Positions 1-15,126 of a stretch of 64,000 nucleotides of DNA are shown piece by piece. Location of the stretch: NCBI RefSeq assembly GCF_036588685.1, contig NC_086373.1:106640001-106704000 (forward strand). The letters run 5' to 3'. A model generated the notes under the pieces. That model saw only the letters and a program-made list of their open reading frames with translations, made no database searches and was not told where the DNA came from. The DNA comes from Mytilus trossulus. Lineage: Eukaryota. Made by a program: the position numbers and the translations under genes. Every line of letters starts with the position of its first letter. The stretch's first letter is position 1.

Positions 1-2147
1 TAAAGTAGTTTTTTATACCGAAATTTGCATATAAAGCCTCAAAATCTGCAACACGGAAAATTAGGGCGAGGTGTTTGAGAAAACTGAGCACCGAAAACGA
101 CTGCTTCTGCATTCAGGAATTAGATTACGTTGCGGTTCCTTCCGTGCAATACATTTTATGGAACTGGGAGTTCTTAAATAAGAAATGTTGATGCTTGAAC
201 TTACGTTGTTACTTTTTTGTCGCTTCAAAATTGCCACCCCATGTCAAACATAGCCGACACCCCGCATGTGGCGTTCTACACGGTGTCTTAGCAAAGACAA
301 AAATATCTACAAATAAAAGATTGGCCGAAATACTAGAAAGCGTCTCTTGAGTAAATAACACCGTGGTTGCTCCAATGAGAGTAATGAGACCGAATCGTAA
401 TATTGAGACCTGCTCGGGGCGTTAAGCATACAGGACAAGCAGGGTTGCGCTACTATATCTAATAGAATTTAGCCATAATTTTCATTTGGGAATAGCTGAA
501 AAGTTTAATGTTGTCAAAAATTGCCATTGAAGGCTATATTGAAGAATATTTTACATTGCATTGAAGGATCTTCGCGGCATAAAAACATAGCGACCAATAT
601 TTAATTTTTCATATTCAGGACAAATATTGAACTTAAAATATGTCAACACGCACAGGTGCGAGTTGTAATCTTTTTAAAACATGTATATCCTAAAAACTAT
701 TTGAGTATATACAAAATTAAAAAACATCTCATCTCGCTCCTGTGTCTGTCAGAACATACCAAGTTTGAGCTCTTTGCAAAAACATATTCTTACCATAAGA
801 TTAATTTTATTTGGTTTTATCCATCCAACATTTCTCCCTCATCCATCTTCTTCGAGGACTTTTCATCTACATACGTGCTACTTTAGGTAAAGAAAATCCT
901 AACACTTTTTGCACGGACCGCGGGAAAATTTATATGTGAGCTGTAAGTGATTGACAATACAGGGCCGTGTTAAATGTAAGATTCATTCCATTAATGTCAA
1001 TTTGACTTCTGGTTAATGTACGCATCTACTGAACATATTGTCCAAAGCTGAGAGATGAGTCAGGTGTATAAAAGAAATGAAACAATTTTACATACAGGTG
1101 AAATGAAGTTTTTGAGATCTTTTTCAGTTTGTATTCGCTGTATGCTAAAAACATAAAAAAAAACAAAAAACACAAGTGACATAAGGTTAAAAAAGATGAC
1201 AGAAAATGTAAACAGTTGTCTTATACAAGTTCAAATTTATTTCTGAATATTATAATGAAAGTACTTCATGTATTTATGTGCTGGTGCAGACTGTGTCATA
1301 GGCAGAAGTGAATACTCTAAAAAAAAAAAAAAAGCGACCATTATCCATATGGCCCGGTAGTATTTACTTTACATGAACTACTTTTCTCTCTAGTGAAGAA
1401 TAGTGTTCCTGTAAAGTACATGTAAATATCCACATTGAACGAATAAAAAAGCTGTTGATATTCATAATCAATGAGAAAATAAATGCAAAGGATCAAACGG
1501 AAAATAATAGGTCTGGAAAATATTGTGTATTCAGAAGAGTAGTATTTTCAAAGAAAAAATATATACTTTTTTACTGTATAGGGGTATTCGTATGTATTTC
1601 AAAGCAAATAAATTTGAAATAATTTTTTCAATATGTCATTCAAAAGACTTGTTTGATATTAAGATAATAAAATTATTGTGCGGAAATGTAGTGTAGACAG
1701 TATAAAAGCAAGAACTTTCAATCGAATAGAAAAGCATTAAATTTATCTTAGATATTCATAGAGTGGTGGTTTAATTCTAACGAATATCCCTTTCAAACCT
1801 TACAAAGTTCCTTCAAGCGTTAAAATTCCCAACAATTTGAAATGTGCTAAAGTCAGATCTTCTTTCTTAAAAGATGCCATGCCGAAAACTACAAGCTGGA
1901 CCATTTATGTATTTGGACCGAACGAAATATTCATATGGTCTGAAACATGTCTTCACGTTTTCATTTAAATGTTTATTAAAATATATGATTTTGACTTAAG
2001 GATCAATACAATTATTTAAATTTTACCGCTACATAATGAATAGTTTATGATGCATAACCAAACCGGTTTTATAAAAATAGTTTTCTGTAACGCGATTCAT
2101 TTATTCTATAATATAAACAAAAACTTGAACACGTTTCTATATAAGAT

Positions 2148-4033
2148 ATGGCGGACGTATCTGCCAACCAATCTCCACCGCTGGACAATGAACTAAATGT
2201 AGAATGGACAGACACATTACCGACCAATATAAAAGACGAATTACCAAAGATTTGTAAATATGAAGGAAATCTTCCTCCTGGATTGAAACTATACTCACAA
2301 CAACCAGTGCTGCTGTACAGATGGTACCATAAAAGAAAGGGCGAAGTTCGGACAATATACCGAGATTCTACTGGACCTTACTACGAAGTCGGTCAAACGT
2401 TAGAGATACCAGACGATTTTGAAGGTAAGTAATTTCCCGAATTAATACAAACAATATTTATTGTCGTTAGTAATCAGTCTCTTTATAATTACTAAAAAAA
2501 ATCATGTTTTGAAACGACTGCTCTATGAAACAAAATAAACTTATTACTTATAATTACTTTTTCCTTTTTTTTATAATTAGAAATATAGGTGTTGTTCTGT
2601 AAAATAAAAATCACTTAAAAACAATGATAACATGAAAAAACCACGTTTACATTGATTTAAAAAATATAAAATTGATATTAAATATATATGTAAGAAAGAA
2701 AATATGCGCCAAATCTGGAATAATGAAAAAAAACCTTCAAGACCAACATTTGAATTGAAGCTGAAAATATACTTACATTGATTAATGGATTGTTGGATGC
2801 TCAACGTCGCGCGATTAACTTAAAAAAAAACCACAACACTGAATACCAAATGCGAATACTGTAAAAAAAAAAACACCAAAAAAAACCAACAAAAAAACGT
2901 GTTTACATACGTAACGAACAAGAAAACATACATATCGTGTGTTCTTTTGGTATAGAGTTGTCTCATTGGAAATCTTACCACGCCCTCTTGTTTTATATAA
3001 GATGCCATAACATGCAACACAATTTTCCAAATACGAATGCACAAAAATAAACAAGTCTAGATATATTGATTTAAGACAAATCCCATTATTCACAGGTTGG
3101 TTTGAGCTTGTGCCACCAGATTTTGGACGTGTGAAATATTTTGAATCTATTGAAGAGGTCTCCAAGACAATGCCAATGAAATTTTTCACACGAACTAACG
3201 TTTCAGGCATATGTGTAAATAACTCTGATGATAACGAACAGACATATGTTCAACGTAAGATAGCGGCTGGAACAGTCCTAAAGGTAGAAAGCACTTTCAA
3301 AGCAAAATGGCGGACGTGTGCAGAGATAGGAGTCCTGAAAAAGAAACAAAAAGAGTGGACAACACGTGAAATACAATATCTCAAATGCATCGATAATAAA
3401 GAACAAGAAATATTGATACCATTCACGGCAAAAGGAAAATTTCATCCAGTTTATCAAAAAGGGAGTTCGGACAGCAAATGTGTTTTCAGAATGAAAGATA
3501 TATTGACAGATTTAACTCTGCCTGTGAAGGTTCGGATTATCTATGGAAAACCGCCGGTAGTACCTTGTATTTTTACTGGTATGATGGTTATAAAGAGACG
3601 TATAACTGAAGATGTGTTTGTTGGAAGCACTATAACTTTTAAGAGGCATGCGCTGTTTGAACTTCCTGTATCAGATGATGTGAAAATCTGCACGGCTAAA
3701 TCAGTAGAACAGTTTATAGATATGAAGTCATTTAAAGATGCAAAACAACTTTGCACGAAATATTCAGATTCTTTCAGTTCCCTAATTAAATTGTCTCCAA
3801 AGTTAGACACGGATCATCAAATGATCCAACATATACCAACAGAAAAAACGAAACAAAGACACGAAAGCTTGAAAACTCTTGATCTTTTAACAAATATAAG
3901 CCTTACTGACGATGAACCAAGAGCACAGTTCATGGAGAGTTCTAGTGACGACACAGTATCAGAACAGTCTCTTACGTTGGGAACGCTGGTCGAACTTAAA
4001 GAATTGTCAAATAGGAGATCTATGATGTGTTAA
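2148..4033 (+). CDS. CABIT-domain protein (THEMIS/GAREM/Serrano-like), CABIT-only paralogue 1, ~404 aa; exons 2148-2424 and 3096-4033
   Basis: The two ORFs join through a GT-AG phase-1 intron (GAAG|gtaagt ... cacag|GT TGG TTT), giving LEIPDDFEG-WFEL. The CABIT core motif YLKCIDNKEQEILIPFTAKGKF and the LPVKVRIIYGKPP motif are present. Intron position is identical to the two neighbouring paralogues. Confidence 0.85.
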
Positions 4034-6734
4034 ATTTTATTGAGTTGACTGAATCTTGCCTTTTTAAATAGTGTGCCATTTCCGGTGAAAATAAGGAAGT
4101 TTAGCAATATTTAATTAGTGTCAGAAAATTGTAATGTCTAGTCATTTTTTTTTATTTAATGTAAAGAGAATCTTATATTCGTGATATCATGTTTTAGTTA
4201 TCTAGTATGTTTGCCATATACAAATTTATGGAATACTACAAATTGCACATATAAAGCCATGTTATTTTATGTTGCACATATGCGGGTTGTGGTATATCTT
4301 ACCGCGAGATAATATAGTTTGCCACATCTTATTCTCTTTTTTAGCTGACTATGCAGCATGGGCCTTGATCATTATTGAAGGCTGTACGGGGACCTATAGC
4401 TACATATTATGTATCAAAAGTCGCACAATGATTTCATGAAATATCAAAAGTTGTAAAATGTCAGCGACATCTTAATCAAAGGAATTTTTTTTTTTAAATT
4501 GCCTTTCCAATAGATTATACATTAATGTCATTATATTTGAGATTGTCTTTCGGCTATAAAAATAAGTTCCGTCTATTCAATAAAGTCCCGAACACTTTCG
4601 TTTGAGAATTCAATTATTTCATATGGTTTCGAGTTGTCGGACTTTAACTATATTACAACATTTCGTTCAATAACTTTTAAATATATGTTTTTGACTGGTG
4701 TTATTTAAATTTGAAAAAAACTGTTTAAATTGCATACAGGAAGAATTTTTAATTCCGGTGTTTGCCTACATTTTGTTAGTAAGTTTGATGACCGTCGTCC
4801 TTAAACCTATACAAAATTATGATATACAATGGTTTTGATGTTATATTTGTTATTCTCATATGATTTTGTCTAATGCTTAGTCCGTTTCTGTGTGTGTTAC
4901 ATTTTAATGTTACATGTCGTTGTTCTCCTCTTATATTTAATGCGTTTCCCTCAGTATTAGTTTGTTACCCCGATTTTGTTTTTTGTCCAGGAATTTACGA
5001 GTTTTGAACAGAGGTATACTACTGTTGCCTTTATTTATACAACCAAACTTGGCCGCAATCATCCTTAGAGTATTTAGTTAAACGTTCTGTGAACCTGCCG
5101 GCCAACATAATAGCCATCATGGCTAAAAAACGGGAATGAAATGGAAATATTTCCAGAATATGGACAGTGGACTTCTTAGAGAGATTTACGCTTTTTGCAT
5201 GACAAGAGCTCTAAATGAATCGATACTGCTGAATTTACATACTGTTTATGCATTGTAGAATGAATAAAAAAAACATGCTGTTCAATCTAAAGCACAAATT
5301 GGAAATGAAAAAATTCGAGCGCCAAGGGTAATTCGAAACGGAAAGTCCTTTATAAAATGGCAAAATCTAGTGCTCAAATACATCTAACAAATGGAAAATA
5401 CCTGTATTCCTGAATTGGAACAGGCGTTTCCTTGTGCAGAAAATGGTGGATTTAACTTGTCATGATAACAGTTGCATTAAATACCGTCATATTGACAACA
5501 ATGTGAGAGAGAAAAACTAACAGACATTGTGGATTCATTTATTTTCGTGGGTATCAATTTTTCGTGGATTGAGGAACACTTGCATTTTCGCGGAAATCGA
5601 GGTTAACATGTATCCAGTAATGGGTAAAAACGTCAAAATGTTAGATACAGCAGTCAACATTGTAATATAATGTTATAATCACTATATATAAATAAATAAA
5701 GGTTTCTACAAAGAAACACAAAATGGCATAAAAACAAAGTACATTAGTCAAATCATGGAAGTATTATATTGACAATATAATACTTCCATGGTCAAATGAA
5801 AGACAAGAATTCAAAATTGATCAAAGCACAATATCACAATGGTGGGATGTATGAGTACCGAGCCACATCATAAGTACATAATCAAAATTAGACTATTAAA
5901 AAAGTAAAAAGTTTACCACTTTTCTGATATAATACAAGTAGTTCTAAGCAAATAAACTATAATAAATGCTTATATATGATTATTGATATAGCTATAGGAT
6001 TAGGTAAATTTGTATCCTTCATCTAATATATGCAGTACACTATTGCACAAAGACACAAACAAAAACTATAGGGTAATTCGCGCGCAGAGTACCAAATAGA
6101 TTATCCCGGTCCTTGCCTACAAAGGGACAACCGAAAAATAATTTGGATCAAATTCCAAATTAAGAGGTGTACAGTGGCATTATATGATGACGATTCTAGA
6201 AAAGGTTTAAATAAATCTTTAAGGAAGATGCAAATATAAAATGGATATCCCCCAGAAAAAGTAATGACAAAGTCAATGGTTTGTAAACTTAATCGCGGAA
6301 AATATTTCCCCGAGTACATTACAAAATAGAAGGGGTATACATTATATGGTGAAAATTCTGAGAAAGTTTCATGTAATTTTGTTCATTACATTAGTAGGAA
6401 TTAGTAGCAATAAATCAAATTGTGACCCCCGGTGAATAAATGGCAAAGTCAAGATAAACCCTAAATATAATACGAATCAAAAACAAAATAGGTGGGACAC
6501 GGTGACTTGAAATGATGAAGATCCTGAAAAAGTGTCATTGACATGAAAAAATAAAATATCTAAGGGTTAATCGCTACACCATAGTTTCCATTGTTTTGCA
6601 CAAGGGTGATCAGTCTTTTTAAAAGATGTGACAAATCTTTTTGTTTCCAACTACATTCAAGTTTTATACTTTAGATTTTTAAATAGCACCATATTTTATC
6701 ATGATAGACATAATATAAAGCCATGTTATTTCTA

Positions 6735-8480
6735 CTACAATTTCTCGTCCTTCTTTGATTCTTTTTCCTCTTTTCTTGCAGTTTTATCCACTTTATAATT
6801 ATGGCGCACTTTAAGTTCGTTGGCATATCCATCAGCGTTTTTATCCATGAATTTCAAAGTATCTAAGAAAGTTTGATGTCTGTCGAAATGCGGGTAGTTT
6901 AAAGCTTTTACAAACAATGGCACCGGTGCTACGGGAAGTTCTAATAATCTTTTGTTTTCACTTATAGTACATGCTATTACTGTGTGATCTTTGATCAAGT
7001 CACACACTTTCAATATTTGAGAAAACCCACATGGTTTTGACGGCGGTCGACCATGTAGTAATTTCAAAATGACCCCTTTAGACAACCCTGCCGTGTACAT
7101 ATCTTTTATATTGTATGCATATCCTATGTTCTCAATATTGATATGTTTTGACGTTGACTTCCGAACTTCAATCAAGTAAAACATTCCCGCCGCTTCAAAA
7201 GGCAGCAATACGTTGGTATCGTCTTCCGTCTTACAAACAAGACAGCGAAGTAGTTTTCGTTTGACAATCTTTTTATGGTCAGTATACCTGACAAAATCTT
7301 CCTTTACATTGAGTACTTTCAGTAACCCTGGTTGGATATCTACTTTGAGGTGTAATGGTTCAGCTAAGTTACTATTTGTAGTGTACTGGTCGCGGATATA
7401 TCCAGTCACTTGTTTATATGATAAGATTTTCTTTGGCATTATCCTCGCTACATTGGAGATTGTTGTCAGTGGTTTATCACGGTCATCTATGAGACGAAAC
7501 CATCCTGCAAAATAAATAAACAGATTCAATGTAATTCCTTTAATTGTTGTTTTCCTAATTTGGTTGTTTTTTTCGTTTTTAAAATAGGTCGTTTGGTGTC
7601 TCTGAATTATTGATTTATTATTTTCTGAAAGTTTTTCATTTTTGAATTCACGTAAAAGATGTTTGCAATCTTTAGTTGCCAAACCACATCGCTATCAGGA
7701 GTTGCATATCTTTAAGTTGAATCGTTTGATATTTTAACAGTTGTTTTATGACAAATTGAGGTTAATATTACTGAAACGAATACTATTAACCGATCACTGA
7801 AATTGTTTCATTTAGGAAAAGTCAAATAGTTTGTTTAAAATTAAGTTGTATTCTAAGATAGATAGTCAAATGAGGGCAACATGCAGCAATTCAACAACAC
7901 AAGTTAAAAAACAAAAATTAATGTGTAAAATTCTAAAATGATGTTTAATCTTAACGAATTTCTACACGAATTTGCACACTGTAATGTTATTTTTGGAATA
8001 AATAACGATACTGAAAGTGAATGTTAAATTTAAGATTTTTACTTATATTTCTGAAACTATTGGTCTGTCAATAACTCCTCCTTTTTAACTGTTTTGACAA
8101 CATTATCAGGATTGTGCCATTATCTTCACACGTTGCAATAGTTATAGTATTCTACATGTTTACGTACCTGTATATCCAAGTGGAATAACAACTATTGGGT
8201 CATCTTTACATTGTGCCCCGGTCAGTAAATCAACAGAAGTCACATTTTTACAGTAAACTTTAACCCCATTCAGCTCTTTATACAGAAGTAAAGGTTTATG
8301 TATATCCAATAATGGCGAGCTGTCAGCTGAGGATTTTTCCTGCCACATTTTCACTACAGAAGGTAAATCACCAGAAGAATCAATTATTTCCTTCAAAGGC
8401 TGTGGTGTTTCTGTCCATGTAAACTGAATTTCCATGGAAACCTCTGGTGGAGATTGTTCTTTTTCGTTGTTTGACTCCAT
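6735..8480 (-). CDS. CABIT-domain protein, CABIT-only paralogue 2, ~360 aa; exons 8480(or 8528)-8168 and 7504-6735
   Basis: Phase-1 intron (ACAG|gtacgt ... tgcag|GA TGG TTT) gives VVIPLGYTG-WFRL. Core motif CLVCKTEDDTNVLLPFEAAGMF and the LKLLHGRPP motif are present. The start codon is ambiguous between 8528 and 8480. Confidence 0.85.
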
Positions 8481-11400
8481 TATTTTCCTGGTCTGTTTGT
8501 ATATGGTTCCTCCTAAGACGTGTTGCATGATTTATTTAAATAATTTATTTAATTACACAAACACATTCAATATATAGTAAATATGTTTATAAACCAATAT
8601 ATGAATTTATCAATTCTAATTCATTTTCGTCCATTCATAGTCACCCAGGCATACTAAGAAGGTATTCAATATCTTGTATTCAGCTTTATAGTCGTAAAAG
8701 GTGATATATTAAAAGACATCAACATGTACAGTAGTCCTATTATTAAGTTCGTATTTTTCACATATCACGTGATGTGTTCGATGATTTGTCTCTCTCCGTA
8801 ATAATCCATCCGGAATTACGAAACGTCAATAAATGAGAGGAAAGATAAGTTTGAGAAACAACAGATTTTCCATGGCAACTGGTAAAACTAGCTCACATAA
8901 TAAGTCCAATATATTAAGAATCACATTTTCACAACGAATATCACCAAAAAAACCCACAGTAGTTGTGATTTTACGTTTTATGTACCGTACGAGGGTAGAT
9001 CTGATCGATGACCTTAACCACTTTGTATTGTCTCATATAATTTGCCTCGAGTAGTTTGACATTTTCGTCCATTAGCGTGCATTAGTTTGACAGAAATAAC
9101 GGGTTGTCATTTTGTAATTTTTCGACAGTAATTTATATCGATCTCGTTAAAAGGTACACATTCTAACCTGGGAACAAATTTTGTTACCTTATTTCATTTG
9201 AACTGATAGTAAGATTTTCAAAATAAACAAAAATGTTAAACGAATATATTTACAATACTATGTATGTTATTTGAATATGTATAAGATAAAGAAATTGTGA
9301 AATCAAATAATCTTATGACAGTATTTTCAAGTATAGTTTTCTAATCAAATAAACTTGACAAATTAAATCTTTTGTAAGTTTCTCAGATATTATAACATGG
9401 GCTTTAACACCATGAGGGAAGCCATATATCCATGGTGCAGTTTCATGAGTTTGGTGTTTACAGTTCGATAACTCGAGTGAAATACCTTTCAATCAGCAAT
9501 AATTTCTCATAAACATAAAATACCAAATTTGACCATTACCGTTATTTTGAAGGAAAAAAAAGATTACCATTGTAAAGTCTTTTTATTGTCACTGTTTATT
9601 GCAGAATCTAGGGAAAACTGGATAATGTTCGCGGTATTTCTATGGTATAAAGTGCATAAGACTTGTTTCAAAGTGTAAGGGTTGGAATATTAGTAAATTC
9701 ATCCCATTTAAAGTAGTTTGCTGTAGTATGTATAACACGATGAAGATTAATGAGTATTAGTTAGCTAACAAAGAGGGACGAACAATTTCTGATACTGGAA
9801 AATAGATGAATTCAATAACAACCTCACAAAAAAATGTATGAAACTCACTAAGAAATGGATTTATCCGATTTTTTAAATTTTTGAAGCACTACGAACATTG
9901 TTCAATTTGTAATGATGAGAGAAACAAATCCAAAAGAGAAAACAGATGAAAGTTTCCAGGAGTTGAAAACAATGTTTTATGCAAACATGGAATGCAAAAT
10001 ACCTGAACTAACTTTAATGTACAATTATCTAAATAGTTCTTTTTTTTCATAATACTCCTCATGCGCATTTCGACGATACATGTCTCTTAAGTGATGCTCG
10101 TGGCCAAAATATTTGAAATTCAAAGCTTAAATAAAAGGTGAAGAGCTATAATCCAAAAGGTCCAAAAGGTATAGCCAAATCAAAGGACACGCATTTAGCT
10201 ATATAGCTGCAACATATCTAAGGAATGAATCGAGCAATAGTGTAACGTTTTGCCTCACAAAGCATACAATGACATAACTAGATTAAAACACTCAGTGAAA
10301 TGAAAGTAGAAGTAATATGGTGGTATTTCTGTAGTCTGGTGATCAGTCCAGAAACTATTTAACATGTTGCATCTAAAAGATAGGGAAAAAATACATTTCC
10401 CCATACAGCAAAGCCTATGTCGTGTTGTAAGCTTTAAATTGTCCCTGGATCTGGATAATAAGATATGAATAATACAAAAGAGAAATATAACAGTCTTGTT
10501 TCGATTCGCCATTTTGTTGTCATCCATTTGTTCGTTTGTGTGTCCTTTAATGGTAAGTTCGTTCCTGTCACGTGAAGAAAGGGACCTATCTGTTTGATCC
10601 GTGTCTAAACAAATCTCCAACCTCAATGTTGACTGAAAACAACATTCTGCTGATTTACAAGTACTTTTGAATTTAGACACCAAAAGTTATGTATTATTAA
10701 AGTTCAAAAGTCCAATTCGGCAAGAGTCAAGCAGTCAAAGATTCCAGTTAAGGTTTTCGCCTACAGTGATGCTCATGTACTTTAACCAGAACACAGAAGT
10801 TCATTGTTCTGTAAAATAAGATACCCTTAATTAAATAGGTATAACAAAGAATTTGACTTTTAATGGAAAAGGATGTTTTACTAGAATAGTCTGACCTAAT
10901 ATATCTTTTTACTGCAATAGCCTGACCTAATATATCTTGATAACCTTATGATAATATTATTCAGGATTTTTGTAAAATGTCCGGGGGTTGCCATCTGTTT
11001 CTTACTGTTTTACACCAAATGGACCGTTTGTAACATGAACGCTTGACAACTGCTTTCTGCCAGAAGCAAGTAAAAAGTACAAAGCCACACAGGTGTATGC
11101 TTTCACGAAATTAAGGATGAATTAATCACAAAAATTAATGTTATGAAAAAAGGTGAACAACTGTAATATTGTGTTTGATTGATAGATTTGATGCGCCATG
11201 TTGAGTCTGGTGGTGAACGTGTCATATAATTAATTCTTTGTTATAATTTAATGTCCATAAAGAGTACATTTTACTTAATATTGTATAGTTTTATGTAACG
11301 TTGTGACATCTACATCACACTTTTCTCTGACTTTCGACATTCTGTTTTAACCATAAGATATGATACAGTAATTAAAAATATCACACTGCTCTTACAACTA

Positions 11401-12459
11401 GAACTGTAGCAATGACAAAGTATCCTGTTGCTCTACTTGTTACAACTATTACTATAACAAGGACAGTCAGTACGTACTTTACTTTTTACTCCAGACATAT
11501 TTGGAGGAATTCGTACTCCAAATTTGAGTCCCTATGTTGTTCATTTAATTAATTAAAGTTTTGCATTTACCTTCATGACATTTAAACATATACAACTACA
11601 CAATACGAGTGGACTATACTTGACAATTAATAAGAAATTACCGACATCATTTTTTGTCATCGTGTTGTGCTGTCTTTGTATGAGCATAACGTTGTCAGTG
11701 ATCTATAGATTAATACTTCATGTTTGCTTAGCATTGCTTTCATAAGATTAGAACAGAGGTACATGTAGTAAAAGAATTACAACAAAGGACTTACATAAAT
11801 AAATTAAAAAAATATCTCTAAAACTTTTATACGAATATCTTTTAAAATATTAATCGGGCAAATGCTGCAGTCTTAACAAATTATGAAGGGCGTCAAGAGG
11901 TTTATAATTAGGCGTCAAATATGTACCAATTTTGCTACTTGTTAGTTACACTTGATAGATTTCTTCCCTCAATTAACGAAAATAAACTTTTAAAACGTGC
12001 CTATTAACTGTATTTTCCTACTTTTTGTTTGATAGTCTTGGAAAAATAAAAAAAAATGTAACGATTACGATCAATTTAGTAATATGTGCTTGTCAACCGC
12101 TTAAAACTAGTCTAGAATTAATTAATATAAGTTTATAAACAGGAAAGCCAAAATAATCCACTCCCTATATGGAATGAACACCAGTATTATTATTGAGTGA
12201 GTATAGAGACGTGTATATGAGAACGCGTCATGGAGTTACTGTGAGTCTTTTCTTCTAGCTCTTCTCAGAAGTTAGACTGTACATTTTATATTTTTCCTTT
12301 TTGTCTTCAATTATACAATAAAGTATTTCTGTTTCATTTACGTATTCTTTAATAAATAGATGATGTCGTAATTCTGCATTGCATGAATATCTGATCTATT
12401 TCTGGCGGTTTGGTAACAATGATTTAGCAATTGTAGCACACACTACTATCATTCAATAT

Positions 12460-12640
12460 AAAAAAGGAGGTGTGGTATGTTTGCCAATGGGACAACTCTT
12501 CACAAGAGACCAAATAACACAGAAATTAACAACTACATACTGCCTTTAACAATGACCAAAACTCATACCACATAGTCCGCTATAATAGGACCAGAAATGA
12601 CAAATGTAAACCAATTCAAACGAGAAAATTAACGACCAAA
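12460..12640 (+). repeat. Short dispersed repeat (TGTGGTATGATTGCCAATGAGACAACT family)
   Basis: Related copies occur at ~16520-16650 (-), 18030-18110, 49535-49600, 54035-54062 and 56540-56645 (-). Confidence 0.6.
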
Positions 12641-12904
12641 TCACGGTCAAGTCCGTATGATCAGAAGGGACAGGTTATAAAATGATGTCACAATATAGAC
12701 AAATATAGTTGGAATTGTAATAAAGGGATATTGATGAACATTGACCTTACCTATCTGAAATATGTATTAAAAGAAATCTTGGAATTATCGCCTTGCTCAA
12801 ATTTGCATGCGTGTTTGTACTTTGAAATCATATTACATGTTTACCAGCCAACATAACAGACTATATTCATTCTCATGCGTTTACTTCTATCCGGTTATAT
12901 AAAC

Positions 12905-14217
12905 AAACTAAAGGCTCTAAAGAGCCTGTGTCGCTCACCTTGGTCTATGTGAATATTAAACAAAGAAAGCAGATGGATTCATGACAAAATTGTGTTTTGG
13001 TGATGGTGATGTGTTTGGAAATCTTACTTTACTAAACAGTCTTGCTGCTTACAATTATCTCTATCTATAATGAACTTGGCCCAGTAGTTTCAGTGGAAAA
13101 TGTTAATAAAAATTTACAAATTTTATGAAAATTGTTAAAAATTGACTATAAAGGACAATAACTCCTTAGGGGGTCAATTGACCATTTCGGTCATGTAGAC
13201 TTATTTGTAAATCCTACTTTGCTGAACATTATTGCTGTTTACAGTTTATCTATATCTATAATAATATTCAAGATAACAACCAAAAACAGCAAAATTTCCT
13301 TTAAATTACCAATTCAGGGGCAGCAACCCAACAAAGGGTTGTCCAATTCGTCTGAAAATTTCAGAGCAGATAGATCTTGACCTGATAAATAATTACTTAA
13401 GTACACCCCATGTCAGATTTGCTCTAATTGCTTTGGTTTTTCAGTTATAAGCCAAAAACTGCATTTTACCCCCATGTTCTATTTTTAGCCGTGGCTGCCA
13501 TCTTGGTTGGTTGACCGGGTCACGCCACACATTTTTTAAACAAGATACCCCAAAGATGATTGTGGCCAAGTTTGGTCTAATATCGCCCAGTAGTTTCAGA
13601 GGAGAAGATTTTTGTAAAGGTTACTTTAATTTACGAAAAATAGTTAAAAATTGACTATAAAGGGCAATAACTCCTAAACGGTTCAACTGACCATTTCGGC
13701 CATGTAGACTTATTTGTAAATCTAACTTTGCTGAACATTATTGCTGTTTACAGTTTATCTCTATCTATCATAATATTCAAGATAATAACCAAAAACAGCA
13801 AAATTTCCTCAAATTACCAATTCAGGGACAGCAACCCAACAACAGATTGACCGATTCAACTGAAAATTTCAGGGCAGATAGATCTTGAACTGATAAACAT
13901 TTTTACCCAATGTCAGATTTCCTCTAAATGCTTTGGTTTTTGAGTTATAAGCCAAAAACTGCATTTTCCCCCTATATTTTATTTTTAGCTGTGGCGGCCA
14001 TCTTGGTTGGTTGACCGGGTCACGCCACTCGTTTTTTAAACTAGATACCCCAATGATGATTGTGGCCAAGTTTGGTTCAATTTGGCCCAGGAGTTTCAGA
14101 GGAGAAGATTTTTGTAAAAGCTAACGCCGGACGACGACGGACGACAGACGACGGACGCCGGACGCCAAGTGATGAGAAAAGCTCACTTGGCCCATTGGGC
14201 AAGGTGAGCTAAAAAAA
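12905..14217 (+). mobile_element. Helentron-associated non-autonomous element (HINE/DINE-like) with internal ~530-bp duplication
   Basis: 5' palindrome AGGCTCTAAAGAGCCT, subterminal IR GCTCACCT/AGGTGAGC, two internal repeat units, a (GACG)-type microsatellite, and a 3' hairpin followed by an A-run. A deleted relative lies at ~40951-41151. Confidence 0.7.
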
Positions 14218-15126
14218 CGGATAGATGTGGAAAAACGGTTAAAGAAGTTGGAAAAATAAGAATGTGTACCTGCATTTATACACTTCAATCTGAAAATTGA
14301 TATAACTGTATATATACTGTAGGACTTTTAAATATTTTAATAAATACCTACATATTTATAGACACATATTATAAGCATATTGTGTTTTCCGTTCGGGGTC
14401 ATTAAATATCACCTGTCAAGAGTTTTTACAGTATATTTTGCAGATTTGAAAACCTTATTTAAAAAGGTACTTAATTATTGGCAAATTTTGGTCAATGGCT
14501 TCTTTCCTTGAGGAAGTAATTTAATAGCATTTATTCAGATATCTGTCTGGATCTAAGGATATAGGTGCATATATATAAAAACAAGTTACTAAATCCTTAA
14601 ACGTTTATAAGCAGGAGTGTTTCCGGCTGTCGAGCGTGTGTATGGACTTTACCGTTTAAAGTCTGATAAGATATAAATAAGGAAGACACAGCTACGTATT
14701 AATTTCTACTCATCATTTTTACGCGTGACATAGAATCATTCTTCCATGAACATTACTATTTGAATTAATTTGTTATTACGAAGGTGAGAAATGGATTCAT
14801 TTGTAAAAACAGAAGTATACGGTGATAATCTACTACTGTAACGAACTTATTTTTTTCTCACAGTTATGGAATATTTTGAACTATCAACTGTGTAGTGTAC
14901 CTATGGTTGGGTTTTCAATAGTATTTTAACAATGTTATGCGTTCTTATATCGATTTAAACGTATAACCGAGATTTAAAAGGTTTTAAAAAATAAGGATGT
15001 AATTAGTGACAGAAGATACTAGTTTCTATAATAATATTTCATTTCTCGGAACTTGTATTCTACAAAGCGAAATTATTGACAAAATATTAAGTTATGGACT
15101 TTTAAGTGACTTGATACGAAAAGAGG

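Noticed and set aside
7505-7682. N-terminal part of ORF 6735-7682
   Set aside because: Intronic read-through. The true exon begins at the acceptor at 7504.
8866-8879. RFX X-box-like TTTTCCATGGCAAC upstream of CABIT gene 2
   Set aside because: A single imperfect motif with unknown TSS; not supportable alone.
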